This document shows, one piece after another, positions 9,906 to 18,417 of a stretch of 64,000 nt of DNA. How positions within the stretch are numbered: position 1 is the first letter of the stretch; every line of letters begins with the position of its first letter. Source of the DNA: Pseudomonadota bacterium (lineage in GTDB: Bacteria; Pseudomonadota; Gammaproteobacteria; Steroidobacterales; Woeseiaceae); the NCBI GenBank assembly GCA_027618995.1, contig JAQCGO010000008.1:271-64270 (forward strand), read 5' to 3'. Under the pieces are notes generated by a model, which was not told the origin of the DNA, did no database searches, and worked only from the letters and a program-made list of their open reading frames with translations. Both the position numbers and the translations under genes were made by a program.

Positions 9906-9974
9906 ATGCCTAGAGTAATCAATTTTTGCGCCCGGTAAACGAAGCAGATCGCGTTTTGCCGGTCCGGACGAGCA

Positions 9975-10805
9975 TCAGCCCGGATAGGCGAGAAAGTAAC
10001 CATCCTTATTGGCGACCCGAATCGGCGTTTCATACAACTCGCTCAGGCGGTCAGCTGTCAGGACTTCCGCTTTGCTGCCGTCGGCAACCACGGTGCCGGC
10101 CTTGAGGAGAATGACGCGATCGATCTCCAGCGGAATCTCGTTCAGGTGGTGGGTCGCGATGACGACGTTTTGTCCTTCCTCCGAGAGGCGTCGAATCTGC
10201 CGCAGATATTCAAAGCTGGCAGCGAGATCGAGCCCGGCCGTGGGCTCGTCCAAAATGAGCGTTTCGGGGTGATGTACCAGGGCGCGCGCCAGCAGGCAAC
10301 GGCGTTGCTGGCCAGTCGACATTGCAGCAAGCGGGACGTCCCGTAGTTCGGCCAGACCCTGCGCGGCCAGCGTCGCCGAAGATTGCGCAACATGCTCCGG
10401 TTGTACGCGGTTCGCCAGCAGTCCGTGTATGCCGATGCTGGACTGGAAGCCCGACAGCACGACCTCAAGCGCCGTGGTAGTTGGTGTATAACGCATATGC
10501 AGGTCGTGTGACACGATGCCAATACGGCGGCGCAATTCCCAGATGTCCCAACGATCGCGACCCAGGATTCGAATCCAGGAGTCATTTCGAGCGACCGGGT
10601 ACAGCTCACGATTGATCGCCTTCAGCAGCGTGGTCTTGCCGCAACCATTGGGGCCGAGAATCGCAACCTGCTCCTGTTGTGCAATTGTCAGGTTCAGGTT
10701 CTCGAATACACGCGTATGACCGCGCCAGATAGTCGCGTTGTGAAACTCAACCAGCGCTACGTCAGCTTGCATATTGCGGGTTGATGGTAAGCTTCGGGAC
10801 TGCAT
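9975..10805 (-). CDS. Single-cassette ABC-type ATPase with no adjacent permease (ModF-like)
   Basis: 276 aa. Walker A GPNGCGKTT, signature-like MSTGQQRR, Walker B LILDEPTAGLD, H-loop ATHH. Confidence 0.85.
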   Translation of the reverse strand: MQSRSLPSTRNMQADVALVEFHNATIWRGHTRVFENLNLTIAQQEQVAILGPNGCGKTTLLKAINRELYPVARNDSWIRILGRDRWDIWELRRRIGIVSHDLHMRYTPTTTALEVVLSGFQSSIGIHGLLANRVQPEHVAQSSATLAAQGLAELRDVPLAAMSTGQQRRCLLARALVHHPETLILDEPTAGLDLAASFEYLRQIRRLSEEGQNVVIATHHLNEIPLEIDRVILLKAGTVVADGSKAEVLTADRLSELYETPIRVANKDGYFLAYPG

Positions 10806-10825
10806 TTCCTGACAGGACCTTCCTC

Positions 10826-10975
10826 ATGCCGGATGGACTGCTGCCCATTCTCCTGCTGATCGTTGTGGTCATCATTTATACCATCGCAAAAGTTGTGCAG
10901 AGTGTTCGCAAGAGTGAACGGCAATGGCAACAGGTTGACAAGAGCAAATTGCAGGACTGGGATGACGACGACTAG
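10826..10975 (+). CDS. Hypothetical 49-aa single-TM peptide with acidic tail
   Basis: Internal ATG of ORF 10781..10975: MPDGLLPILLLIVVVIIYTIAKVV...DWDDDD. Weak RBS; coding status uncertain. Confidence 0.3.
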   Translation: MPDGLLPILLLIVVVIIYTIAKVVQSVRKSERQWQQVDKSKLQDWDDDD

Positions 10976-11093
10976 AATTGTACCAGTCGCTCGTTCGAAT
11001 CATGAAGGGCGGGGCCTGATCGACCCCTGCAGGTGTTTTCGATTAAACTGGCCCGTCATAGCAATATGCCTGGTCAATTTGGCCAGCTAATTT

Positions 11094-11943
11094 TTGGACA
11101 TCTGTATGCTTGAGCGTATCCATCACCGAAACCGGGTTGCCGCAGGAATACTGGGCTGCGCGATCCTGATGACTGCCTGCGATTCCGGAACCGGCGGCAG
11201 CGGCGAGCCCGCGGCAACGCAACAGGATGTGCGCGAGAATGTCGCATCAATGGCGCTCGAGCATACCGACGATAGCAGCGAGCCGGGTGCGGGTGCACAG
11301 GTTGCGCCGCAACGTGCGGTAATCTCCGAGCGCCCGCCGTATGCCGAAGTGGGCGATGAACTCGTCTACGGGTACTTCGTATTTCCGTCCAACATGATCG
11401 AGCCGCTGCCGGCGATCATCATGATTCACGAGTGGTGGGGATTAAACGACAATATCCGTGCCATGGCAGATCGGCTCGCTGCAGAGGGTTACATCGTGCT
11501 TGCAGTCGACCTGTTCGGCGGCGATGTGGCGACTACGGTTCCTGAGGCACGTCGGCTGATGCTGAACGCCATCGAAAGTCCAGAACTGGCAAACGAAAAC
11601 ATTCGAGCGGCATATGCCTTTGTCGATGGCGTTGCCGGTGCGCCGCGGATCGCATCGCTAGGCTGGGATTTTGGCGGTGACTGGTCATTGTAATGCGCCC
11701 ATTCTGGGCTTGTTCGGCGCCAAAGATACCGTTGTCCAGGTTGCTTCAGTTCAGGCATTCGGGGCATCGCTGGAGCGCCTGCGAAAATCGCACGTTATCC
11801 ATATCTATCCCGAAGCAGAGCATGCCTTCGCGAATCCAACCGGCAGAACCTACGACGCCCAAGTGGCCGACGATGCATGGCAGATAACGCTGGACTTTCT
11901 GGCGCGCAATCTCGTGGATGCTGCGTCCGAATCGACCGACTAG
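11094..11943 (+). pseudogene. Dienelactone hydrolase family lipoprotein gene with an internal out-of-frame deletion
   Basis: ORF 11094..11693 (IMIHEWWGLNDNIR...LGWDFGGDWSL*) and ORF 11671..11943 in another frame (NAPILGLFGAKD...EAEHAFANP...DAWQITLDFLARNL) are the two halves of a DLH fold. The segment normally between them is absent. Confidence 0.75.
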
Positions 11944-12449
11944 TGGTCGCCGGTCTTGCAGCGCAGCGCTATGCCCAGCGGTGCTGCGCTATAAATTATC
12001 GACTGCTGAGTTTCACTGACGCAGCGCAATGAAACCTGTGCCGTCATTGCGTCGGCTATAAACAACTCCTCTTTAGCATCTGCCTCGCTATCACTGAAAC
12101 AGAAATTCTCGATAGTCAGTGGCGCCAGTTGCTTATGCGGCACCTCGATGGTCAGTTCGGTTCCGGCGGCATCGCTGAGATCTTCGGCACTGAGCAAATA
12201 ACGCGTATCCGAAATGCTGACAGAGGCCGATTCGGCGCGCATGTCGGCGCCGCGCTGCGCATCTATGCGCAACGTAAATGCCATATTCGGCAAACGTATG
12301 ATGCGTGGCCCCGCTGGCCGGGCATCAACTTCCGCCAGAGCCGGCTCGGCCTCTATAGTCAGTTGATCCGCGCTTGGCTCAGCCCTTGATGGGGTTGCCG
12401 CCAGCGGCAAAAGTGCGGCGCCAAGGGCGCTGATAATGAGGGTACGCAT
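11940..12449 (-). CDS. Hypothetical secreted protein
   Basis: ORF 11940..12536. Start placed at MRTLIISALGAALLPLAATPSRA (signal peptide). No family recognised. Confidence 0.45.
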   Translation of the reverse strand: MRTLIISALGAALLPLAATPSRAEPSADQLTIEAEPALAEVDARPAGPRIIRLPNMAFTLRIDAQRGADMRAESASVSISDTRYLLSAEDLSDAAGTELTIEVPHKQLAPLTIENFCFSDSEADAKEELFIADAMTAQVSLRCVSETQQSIIYSAAPLGIALRCKTGDH

Positions 12450-12510
12450 GCAAGCAAGAGTACGGAAATGCGGTGGAAAAACAAACGGGTCGATGCGGTA
12501 GACTGAGTCG

Positions 12511-12789
12511 ATGTTCAAAGGCGCCTTCGACATCACCTATAAATATGCCCGCCGCATAGCCGTGGCCGTCGTTGGCAGTACGGTGCTTGCAGTCGGAGTT
12601 GCGCTGATCGTGCTACCGGGCCCGGCAATCATCGTCATACCCATCGGCCTGGCAATCCTGAGCCTGGAATTCGCCTGGGCGCGGATGTGGCTGAAAAAGT
12701 TGCGCCACTCGATCTCAAGTCAGAGCGCAGAAGCGCGCGCGAGCCGTGCCGAAAACCATCGACGGCAGACCTCAGGTCGGGACGAGTAA
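12511..12789 (+). CDS. PGPGW-type small transmembrane protein
   Basis: 92 aa. LPGPAIIVIPIGLAILSLEFAWARMW resembles the PGPGW domain (PF09656) as I recall it. Confidence 0.6.
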   Translation: MFKGAFDITYKYARRIAVAVVGSTVLAVGVALIVLPGPAIIVIPIGLAILSLEFAWARMWLKKLRHSISSQSAEARASRAENHRRQTSGRDE

Positions 12790-12793
12790 GGCG

Positions 12794-12872
12794 AGAAAAA
12801 AGAAAGCGCCGGAGAACTGAAATCGTAAAGTGACTCAGTGGGCCGATCCGACACGGAGCGGTCTCCGGCGCT
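12794..12872 (-). terminator. Long-stem terminator-like structure at the end of the sigma54-driven transcript
   Basis: 11-bp perfect arms AGCGCCGGAGA (12805-12815) and TCTCCGGCGCT (12862-12872). On the minus strand they are followed by TTCTTTTTTCT (12804-12794). The loop is unusually large at 46 nt. Confidence 0.45.
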
Positions 12873-12979
12873 CAAGCGAACGGCAGGGGTGCCGTCTGTT
12901 CCGGATTTCGCAGATCAGACAATCGGGGGGAGAGTTCTGATCGTTTAGCGAAGCCCGAAAACTACTTACAGGGTCGAGC

Positions 12980-13135
12980 TCAGGAACGCACGACCTGTAT
13001 CGATGTTTGGTCTAGTTGCGGAAAATCAACACCCAGCTTGTTGTTTAAAGCTGTCGTCGCGGCCACCGCTACGGCTACGAGGATGAACAGCGCGCCAAGC
13101 AGCGTGAGCCCGTTTTCTACCTTTCTGGTCTTCAT
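12980..13135 (-). CDS. 51-aa membrane peptide downstream of a sigma54 promoter
   Basis: Internal ATG of ORF 12980..13168, preceded by AGGGAAG. MKTRKVENGLTLLGALFILVAVAVAATTALNNKLGVDFPQLDQTSIQVVRS. One TM helix after a short basic leader. Confidence 0.5.
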   Translation of the reverse strand: MKTRKVENGLTLLGALFILVAVAVAATTALNNKLGVDFPQLDQTSIQVVRS

Positions 13136-13200
13136 GATTACTTCCCTAGTGCAACTGCGGCCTCTCACCGCAGGATTTTGTAAGTCTCTGTCCCCCCTAT

Positions 13201-13216
13201 TGCATGGACCATGCCA
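13201..13216 (-). promoter_or_regulatory. Sigma54 (-24/-12) promoter
   Basis: The minus strand reads TGGCATGGTCCATGCA against consensus TGGCAC-N5-TTGCW, with correct GG/GC spacing. It lies about 65 nt upstream of the small ORF's ATG and next to a sigma54 activator gene. Confidence 0.65.
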
Positions 13217-13261
13217 ACTTTAAAAGTATTTGAAATTCAACAAGTTAGTGAATTTTGACCG

Positions 13262-13316
13262 TTACGATATTCCGTAAGTTCCGAAAAATCGTAATAACGT
13301 TTTACGAAATTCCGTA
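13262..13316. promoter_or_regulatory. Pair of dyad repeats, candidate enhancer (UAS) sites for the adjacent sigma54 activator
   Basis: TTACGATATTCCGTAA (13262-13277) and TTACGAAATTCCGTA (13302-13316), 40 bp apart. Each is TTACG-N6-CGTA(A). They lie about 45-100 bp upstream of the -24 element and just before the activator's start codon. Confidence 0.45.
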
Positions 13317-13328
13317 TATACTCCCGCG

Positions 13329-15125
13329 ATGCTCGAAAACGATGACTACCAGTGGCTGTTTCGCAAAGCGCCGGCGCTGATGACGTCGACTGGTGCCGAT
13401 GGCACCTACGTCGACGTCAGCGACATTTTGCTTGAACGGCTTGGATACGAACGCCACGAAATGCTTGGTCGCCGCCCGGTCGACTTCGTCACGCGCGCGT
13501 CTGCCGAACGCATTGAAAAGGAATTCCTGCCAGCGCTACGACGTACGGGCAGGCTCGATTACGAGCCGATCACGGTCGTCGCCAAGAATGGCGATGAGAT
13601 TGACTACCTCACCACGGCCTTGCTCGAACATGGCAGGAACCACGAGTTCCTGCACAGTGTCGCGACCTACATCGAGGTCTCCGACGACGATCGCGCCAAT
13701 TTTAAATATCGCAATCTGTATCGTTCCACGCCGGCGATGCTGCACTCCGTCGACGGCAATGGCCTGATCGTGACCGTTACTGATCACTGGCTGCAAAAAC
13801 TGGGCTACAAGCGGGAAGAAGTCATCGGCCGGCCAATCAGTGATTTTTTCACGGCTACCGACAGAGAAAAGCTCAGCGGTGACACGCTGCGCGAGCTGAT
13901 TGCCCGGGGCGACTTCAACAATGAGGAGCGACGGGTAGTCAGAAAGGATGGCCAGGTACTGGATCTGATCGTTTCCGCTATTTCGCGGCGCAATGCCGCC
14001 GGCAAAGTGGATCGCATGCTGATTGCGTCCAAAGACGTGACCGAAAGACTTCGCGCCGAGCGCCAGTTGCGCAATGCGCTGGCCGAAAATGCGCGTCTGC
14101 GCGAAGAGCTGGAGCAGGAACGTGACTATCTTCGCGAAGAAGTCAAAGTCGCCCTGAATTCCGGCGAGATCGTCGGCAACAGCCCGGCGTTGATGCACAT
14201 GCTGACGCGTATCCAGGCGGTCGCGGAAACCCCGGCGAGTGTCCTGTTGCAGGGCGAGTCCGGTGTTGGCAAGGAGCTGGTTGCGCATGCGATCCACGCG
14301 CAAAGTCCGCGTGCGGACGGCCCACTGGTAAAAGTAAATTGCGCGTCGATTCCCAAAGAACTGTTTGAGAGTGAGTTCTTTGGCCACGTCAAAGGTGCGT
14401 TCACCGGTGCGTATCGAGATCGGGTCGGTCGTTTCCAGCTCGCCGACAACGGCACTATTTTCCTCGATGAGGTCAGCGAAATACCACTTGAGTTGCAGAG
14501 TAAATTGCTGCGCGTTTTGCAGGAAAGCGAATTCGAACGTGTCGGCGATGACGTAACGCGCACGGTTGACGTACGAGTCATAGCGGCTACCAATCGGAAT
14601 CTGGAAAAGCAAATCGTCGACGGTGAGTTTCGTGAGGACCTGTTTTATCGGCTCAGCGTATTTCCGATCGATGTGCCGCCGTTGCGCGAACGTGGCGACG
14701 ACATCATTCACCTCGCCAGGCACTACCTGCAGAAAATCTGCAGCAGTTTCGGTCGCGAGCCAATGCAGCTCACGCGCAGTCAGGCGGATATGTTGCGCAA
14801 TTACAGTTGGCCGGGCAATGTACGAGAACTGAAAAACGTTATCGAACGTGCAGTTATACTGTCGCCGCGCAACATTTTGCGCCTGGACCTGTCAATGTCG
14901 AACGCTGGCAGCGAGTTTCGTGCGAGCGAACCGCCGGCTCTGGACGAGGGCCGGATACTGACCGAAGTCGAGTTACGAGAATTGCAAAAAAACAATTTGT
15001 TGTCGGCGCTGAGACAAACAGGCTGGAAAGTCTCTGGGCCGGGCGGTGCGGCCGAAATACTGGGCGTGAAATCGACCACGCTGGCGGATCGCATTCGAAC
15101 TTTCGGGCTGGAAAAACCACGATGA
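13329..15125 (+). CDS. Sigma54-dependent transcriptional activator with two N-terminal PAS domains
   Basis: 598 aa. AAA+ core [17 protein letters not shown] loop, ESEFERVG, and C-terminal Fis-type HTH ([21 protein letters not shown]). Confidence 0.9.
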   Translation: MLENDDYQWLFRKAPALMTSTGADGTYVDVSDILLERLGYERHEMLGRRPVDFVTRASAERIEKEFLPALRRTGRLDYEPITVVAKNGDEIDYLTTALLEHGRNHEFLHSVATYIEVSDDDRANFKYRNLYRSTPAMLHSVDGNGLIVTVTDHWLQKLGYKREEVIGRPISDFFTATDREKLSGDTLRELIARGDFNNEERRVVRKDGQVLDLIVSAISRRNAAGKVDRMLIASKDVTERLRAERQLRNALAENARLREELEQERDYLREEVKVALNSGEIVGNSPALMHMLTRIQAVAETPASVLLQGESGVGKELVAHAIHAQSPRADGPLVKVNCASIPKELFESEFFGHVKGAFTGAYRDRVGRFQLADNGTIFLDEVSEIPLELQSKLLRVLQESEFERVGDDVTRTVDVRVIAATNRNLEKQIVDGEFREDLFYRLSVFPIDVPPLRERGDDIIHLARHYLQKICSSFGREPMQLTRSQADMLRNYSWPGNVRELKNVIERAVILSPRNILRLDLSMSNAGSEFRASEPPALDEGRILTEVELRELQKNNLLSALRQTGWKVSGPGGAAEILGVKSTTLADRIRTFGLEKPR

Positions 15126-16537
15126 ATAAACTTTGGCTGGTGGCTGTCCTGCTGGCAGGGGCCGCAATGGCCGCGCCGGCCGAAGGGCCATTGCCGCCGA
15201 TCGTGCAGGCCGCGTTAAACGTGCGACAGGTGCCTGAGGACAGCCTGAGTGTCTTTGTGCAGGATATGGAAAGCGGCGAAGTCGTGCTGCGCTGGAACGA
15301 AGCGGTGGCGCGCAATCCGGCATCATCCATCAAGCTTCTCACCACACTCGTCGCGTTGGATGTGCTGGGTCCGGCGTACACCTGGAAGACCGACGTATAC
15401 ATTTTTGGCGAGCTCACGAACGGCCGACTGAAAGGTGATCTGTTATTGAAGGGCTATGGTGACCCGTTCCTGGTCACTGAGCGTGTCTGGCAACTGCTCC
15501 GCCGTGTCCGGCAGCTCGGTATTCGCGAGATCGAGGGCGACCTGAAGATCGACGACAGCTACTTCTACCTGCCGGATTCCGACCCTGCCGAGTTTGATCG
15601 TCAGCCGCTGCGCGCCTACAACGTCACACCGAACGCGTTGCTCATGAATTTCAAGGTTGTGCGCTACTGGTTCGAACCGGAATTCGATACCAACAGTGTG
15701 CGAGTCTGGCTCGACCCGCCGCTGGAGAATCTCGGCATCGACAATCGCCTGGCACTTGCGGCCGGCAGCTGTCGCGGCTATCAGCGTGGCATTACGATCT
15801 CGGCTAACGACGCGACTGACAGGATGACGTTCAGTGGCAAGTTTCCAAATGGCTGCACGCAATACGCGATGGACCGCACCGCATTGAGCCACAACGAATT
15901 CGTGTATGGATTATTCATTTCGCTCTGGCGCGAGTCCGGCGGCACGTTCAAGGGCGGATGGTTGAATACAATCACTCCTGCTGACATTGAGCCGGACTTG
16001 AGTTTCGACTCGTTGCCGCTGGCAGATGTGATCACGTACGTAAACAAGCACAGCAATAACGTTATGGCGCGGCAACTGTTGCTGACGATGTCGGCGGAGG
16101 TGCTCGGGCAACCCGGCACGGAGGAGGGTGGTCGCGCGGTGGTTGCCGACTGGCTCGTTGACCAAGGGCTTGATGCGCCGCAACTGACGTTCACAAATGG
16201 TGCTGGACTATCGCGTGACACACGGATCTCGGCCCGCGACATGGGCGCGTTGCTCGAATTCGCCTGGCGGCAACCCTATATGCCGGAGTTTGTGTCATCG
16301 ATGTCTCTGGCGGGCCAGGATGGGACCACGCGACGCCGCTTCGACGATGGGGGCCTCGATGGCAACGCGCATCTCAAGACCGGTTCGCTCGACCACGTTA
16401 CGACCATCACGGGCTACCTGCAGGCGCGTTCCGGCCGTCGATTCGCCGTCGTCACGATGCAAAACTATCAGGATATTCATCGCGGCCCGGGGCAGGAAGT
16501 GCAGGAAGCCGTATTACGCTGGGTCTACGAGCACTGA
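15122..16537 (+). CDS. dacB: D-alanyl-D-alanine carboxypeptidase/endopeptidase (PBP4)
   Basis: In-frame ATG within ORF 14807..16537 ([20 protein letters not shown] signal). PASSIKLLT (SxxK), GDPFL, LKTGSL (KTG) motifs. ATGA overlap with the activator's stop. Confidence 0.9.
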   Translation: MNKLWLVAVLLAGAAMAAPAEGPLPPIVQAALNVRQVPEDSLSVFVQDMESGEVVLRWNEAVARNPASSIKLLTTLVALDVLGPAYTWKTDVYIFGELTNGRLKGDLLLKGYGDPFLVTERVWQLLRRVRQLGIREIEGDLKIDDSYFYLPDSDPAEFDRQPLRAYNVTPNALLMNFKVVRYWFEPEFDTNSVRVWLDPPLENLGIDNRLALAAGSCRGYQRGITISANDATDRMTFSGKFPNGCTQYAMDRTALSHNEFVYGLFISLWRESGGTFKGGWLNTITPADIEPDLSFDSLPLADVITYVNKHSNNVMARQLLLTMSAEVLGQPGTEEGGRAVVADWLVDQGLDAPQLTFTNGAGLSRDTRISARDMGALLEFAWRQPYMPEFVSSMSLAGQDGTTRRRFDDGGLDGNAHLKTGSLDHVTTITGYLQARSGRRFAVVTMQNYQDIHRGPGQEVQEAVLRWVYEH

Positions 16538-16590
16538 TCAATGATGCGGCTGTAGTAGACTCCTGCCTAAACAGCTACGGAGATCGTCCA

Positions 16591-17190
16591 GTGATTACAT
16601 CAACGCGTATTGTTTGTGGCGTCCTGCTGCTCCTGCCATTGCTGGCTGCGGCGGAAACCGCTTATGTGACAGACAATTTGCGACTCGGCCTGCATCAGGC
16701 GGCCGATACCAGTGACCGGGCGTTTCGATCGCTGGACAGTGGTCAGGCGCTCGAGGTCCTGTCGCGTGACAGTAACTATGCGTATGTTCGCTTGCCGGAT
16801 GGCGTCGAGGGCTACGTGAAAGTGGCTTACCTGGTCGATGACAAACCGGCCAAACTGATCGTCGAAGAGACCCAGGCTGAAGTCGTGCGCCTGGAAGCAC
16901 AGCTCGAAGAACTGCGCCGTCAGTTCGCGGGACCTGCCGCCTCGATTTCGACGCTGCAGCAGGAATTGAGTAGTGCGCAATCCAGCCTGGCCGATTTCGA
17001 GGCGCGCAATGCGGAGTTGACGGATCAAAATACAGACTTGCGCGATCGACAGACGGATGGTCAGTACAGTTTGCCGATTAACTGGGTGGCCGTTGCAACA
17101 GGCATTTGCCTGGTTGGCGGGTTCCTGCTGGGCTTATGGTGGGTTGATCGCAAGAGTCGCCAGCGGCACGGCGGCATTCGTATCTACTGA
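16591..17190 (+). CDS. SH3-domain protein with coiled coil and C-terminal TM (TIGR04211-like)
   Basis: 199 aa. Signal peptide, SH3b-like YVTDNLRLGLHQ...GYVKVAYL, a coiled coil, then a C-terminal hydrophobic helix. Confidence 0.8.
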   Translation: MITSTRIVCGVLLLLPLLAAAETAYVTDNLRLGLHQAADTSDRAFRSLDSGQALEVLSRDSNYAYVRLPDGVEGYVKVAYLVDDKPAKLIVEETQAEVVRLEAQLEELRRQFAGPAASISTLQQELSSAQSSLADFEARNAELTDQNTDLRDRQTDGQYSLPINWVAVATGICLVGGFLLGLWWVDRKSRQRHGGIRIY

Positions 17191-17194
17191 TTGG

Positions 17195-18217
17195 TCAGGC
17201 GCTTGATTGCAGCTGCGTAGTTGCGTGCGCGCTGGCATTGCCGTTCAGCACCGGCAGGGCTGATCCCGCATACAGTTTGTCGATCTCAGCCTGCGAACGG
17301 GCGTAGCGAGTCAGTTCGAGTTGGTCTGCTGTGATATGCGGTGCAAACAGCCGCATGAAGTCGAGCATATAACGTCGCAGAGCCATATCCTTGCGAAACC
17401 CGATCCAGGTCGTACTACGGGGGAACAGCCCCGTCGCTGAAATAGTGACCAGATCCTCATCCTCATTGTCGTCTGCCATGCCGGCGACAATGCCGACGCC
17501 AAGTCCCATACGCACATAGGTTCTGATCACATCGGCGTCGCGTGCCGTGAAGGCCACTTCCGGGTCCAGGCCTTGCTCTGCAAAAGCCTTCTTCAGCATC
17601 GATTGACCACCGAAACTAAACACATACGTGACAAGGGGAAACCTGGCGAGATCCTTAAGCGTGATCTCGCGTTTCTGCCGTGCCAGCTCGTGGTCAACGG
17701 GTACGACAATCTTGCGGTCCCAATGAAAACTCGGGACCAGCAACAGGTTGCGAAATAAATCATGTGAGCCGGTTGCAATTGCGAAATCAATATTGTTGCT
17801 GCGCACCATATCCACAATCTGTTCTGATGTGCCCTGGTGTATTTTGAGATTTACCTGCGGATAGCGGTCGCGAAATTCGCGAACGACAGCGGGCAGGACG
17901 TATCGCGCCTGCATATGCGTGGCCGCAATAGACAAAGTGCCTTCTTCCTCCTGGTAGTAGGACGACGCCAGGGTGCGAATATTGTCGGCCTCGCGAATGA
18001 CGACGCGGGCCCGCGCTATGACCTGCTCGCCAGCACCTGTTACGCCGCCGAGACTCTTGCCCTTACGCAGGAACAGCGGCAGGCCGAGTTCTTCCTCGAG
18101 CAGCTTTAATTGTTTGCTCACACCTGGTTGCGATGTAAAAAGTTTTTCTGCCGCAGCTGTAATGTTCAAGCCATTGTCGGCAATCGCAAGCAGGTACCTT
18201 AGTTGCTGTAATTTCAT
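17195..18217 (-). CDS. cysB: LysR-family regulator of the CysB type
   Basis: ORF 17195..18232. Start placed at MKLQQLRYLLAIADNGLNITAAAEKLFTSQPGVSKQLKLLEEELG. Collinear with E. coli CysB as I recall it, and divergent from cysK. Confidence 0.85.
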   Translation of the reverse strand: MKLQQLRYLLAIADNGLNITAAAEKLFTSQPGVSKQLKLLEEELGLPLFLRKGKSLGGVTGAGEQVIARARVVIREADNIRTLASSYYQEEEGTLSIAATHMQARYVLPAVVREFRDRYPQVNLKIHQGTSEQIVDMVRSNNIDFAIATGSHDLFRNLLLVPSFHWDRKIVVPVDHELARQKREITLKDLARFPLVTYVFSFGGQSMLKKAFAEQGLDPEVAFTARDADVIRTYVRMGLGVGIVAGMADDNEDEDLVTISATGLFPRSTTWIGFRKDMALRRYMLDFMRLFAPHITADQLELTRYARSQAEIDKLYAGSALPVLNGNASAHATTQLQSSA

Positions 18218-18417
18218 CCTGGCGCCCCGCATTCAAAGATGTGACAACTGAATTGGCGGATCATTTCAAAAGCCGCTGAAAATTCACGCCGTTGTGATAA
18301 GGGGCCTTATAACGGGCGGTTATACTCCCGCAATCAACGGTGCTAATGTCATCGGCCGGAGGGGGTTAGAATCCCTATATCCAAAGCCGCTCAAGCGTAA
18401 AAACCAAGTACCGCACT

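Noticed and set aside
13536-14723. A 395-aa ORF antisense to the sigma54 activator. Similar long antisense ORFs occur at 23842..24753, 31361..32302, 42349..43059, 54810..55898, 55905..56885 and 61787..62674.
   Set aside because: Each lies entirely opposite a gene with an unmistakable family signature. Their translations are Arg/Ala/Gly-rich with no recognisable motifs. Long stop-free antisense frames are expected in GC-rich DNA.
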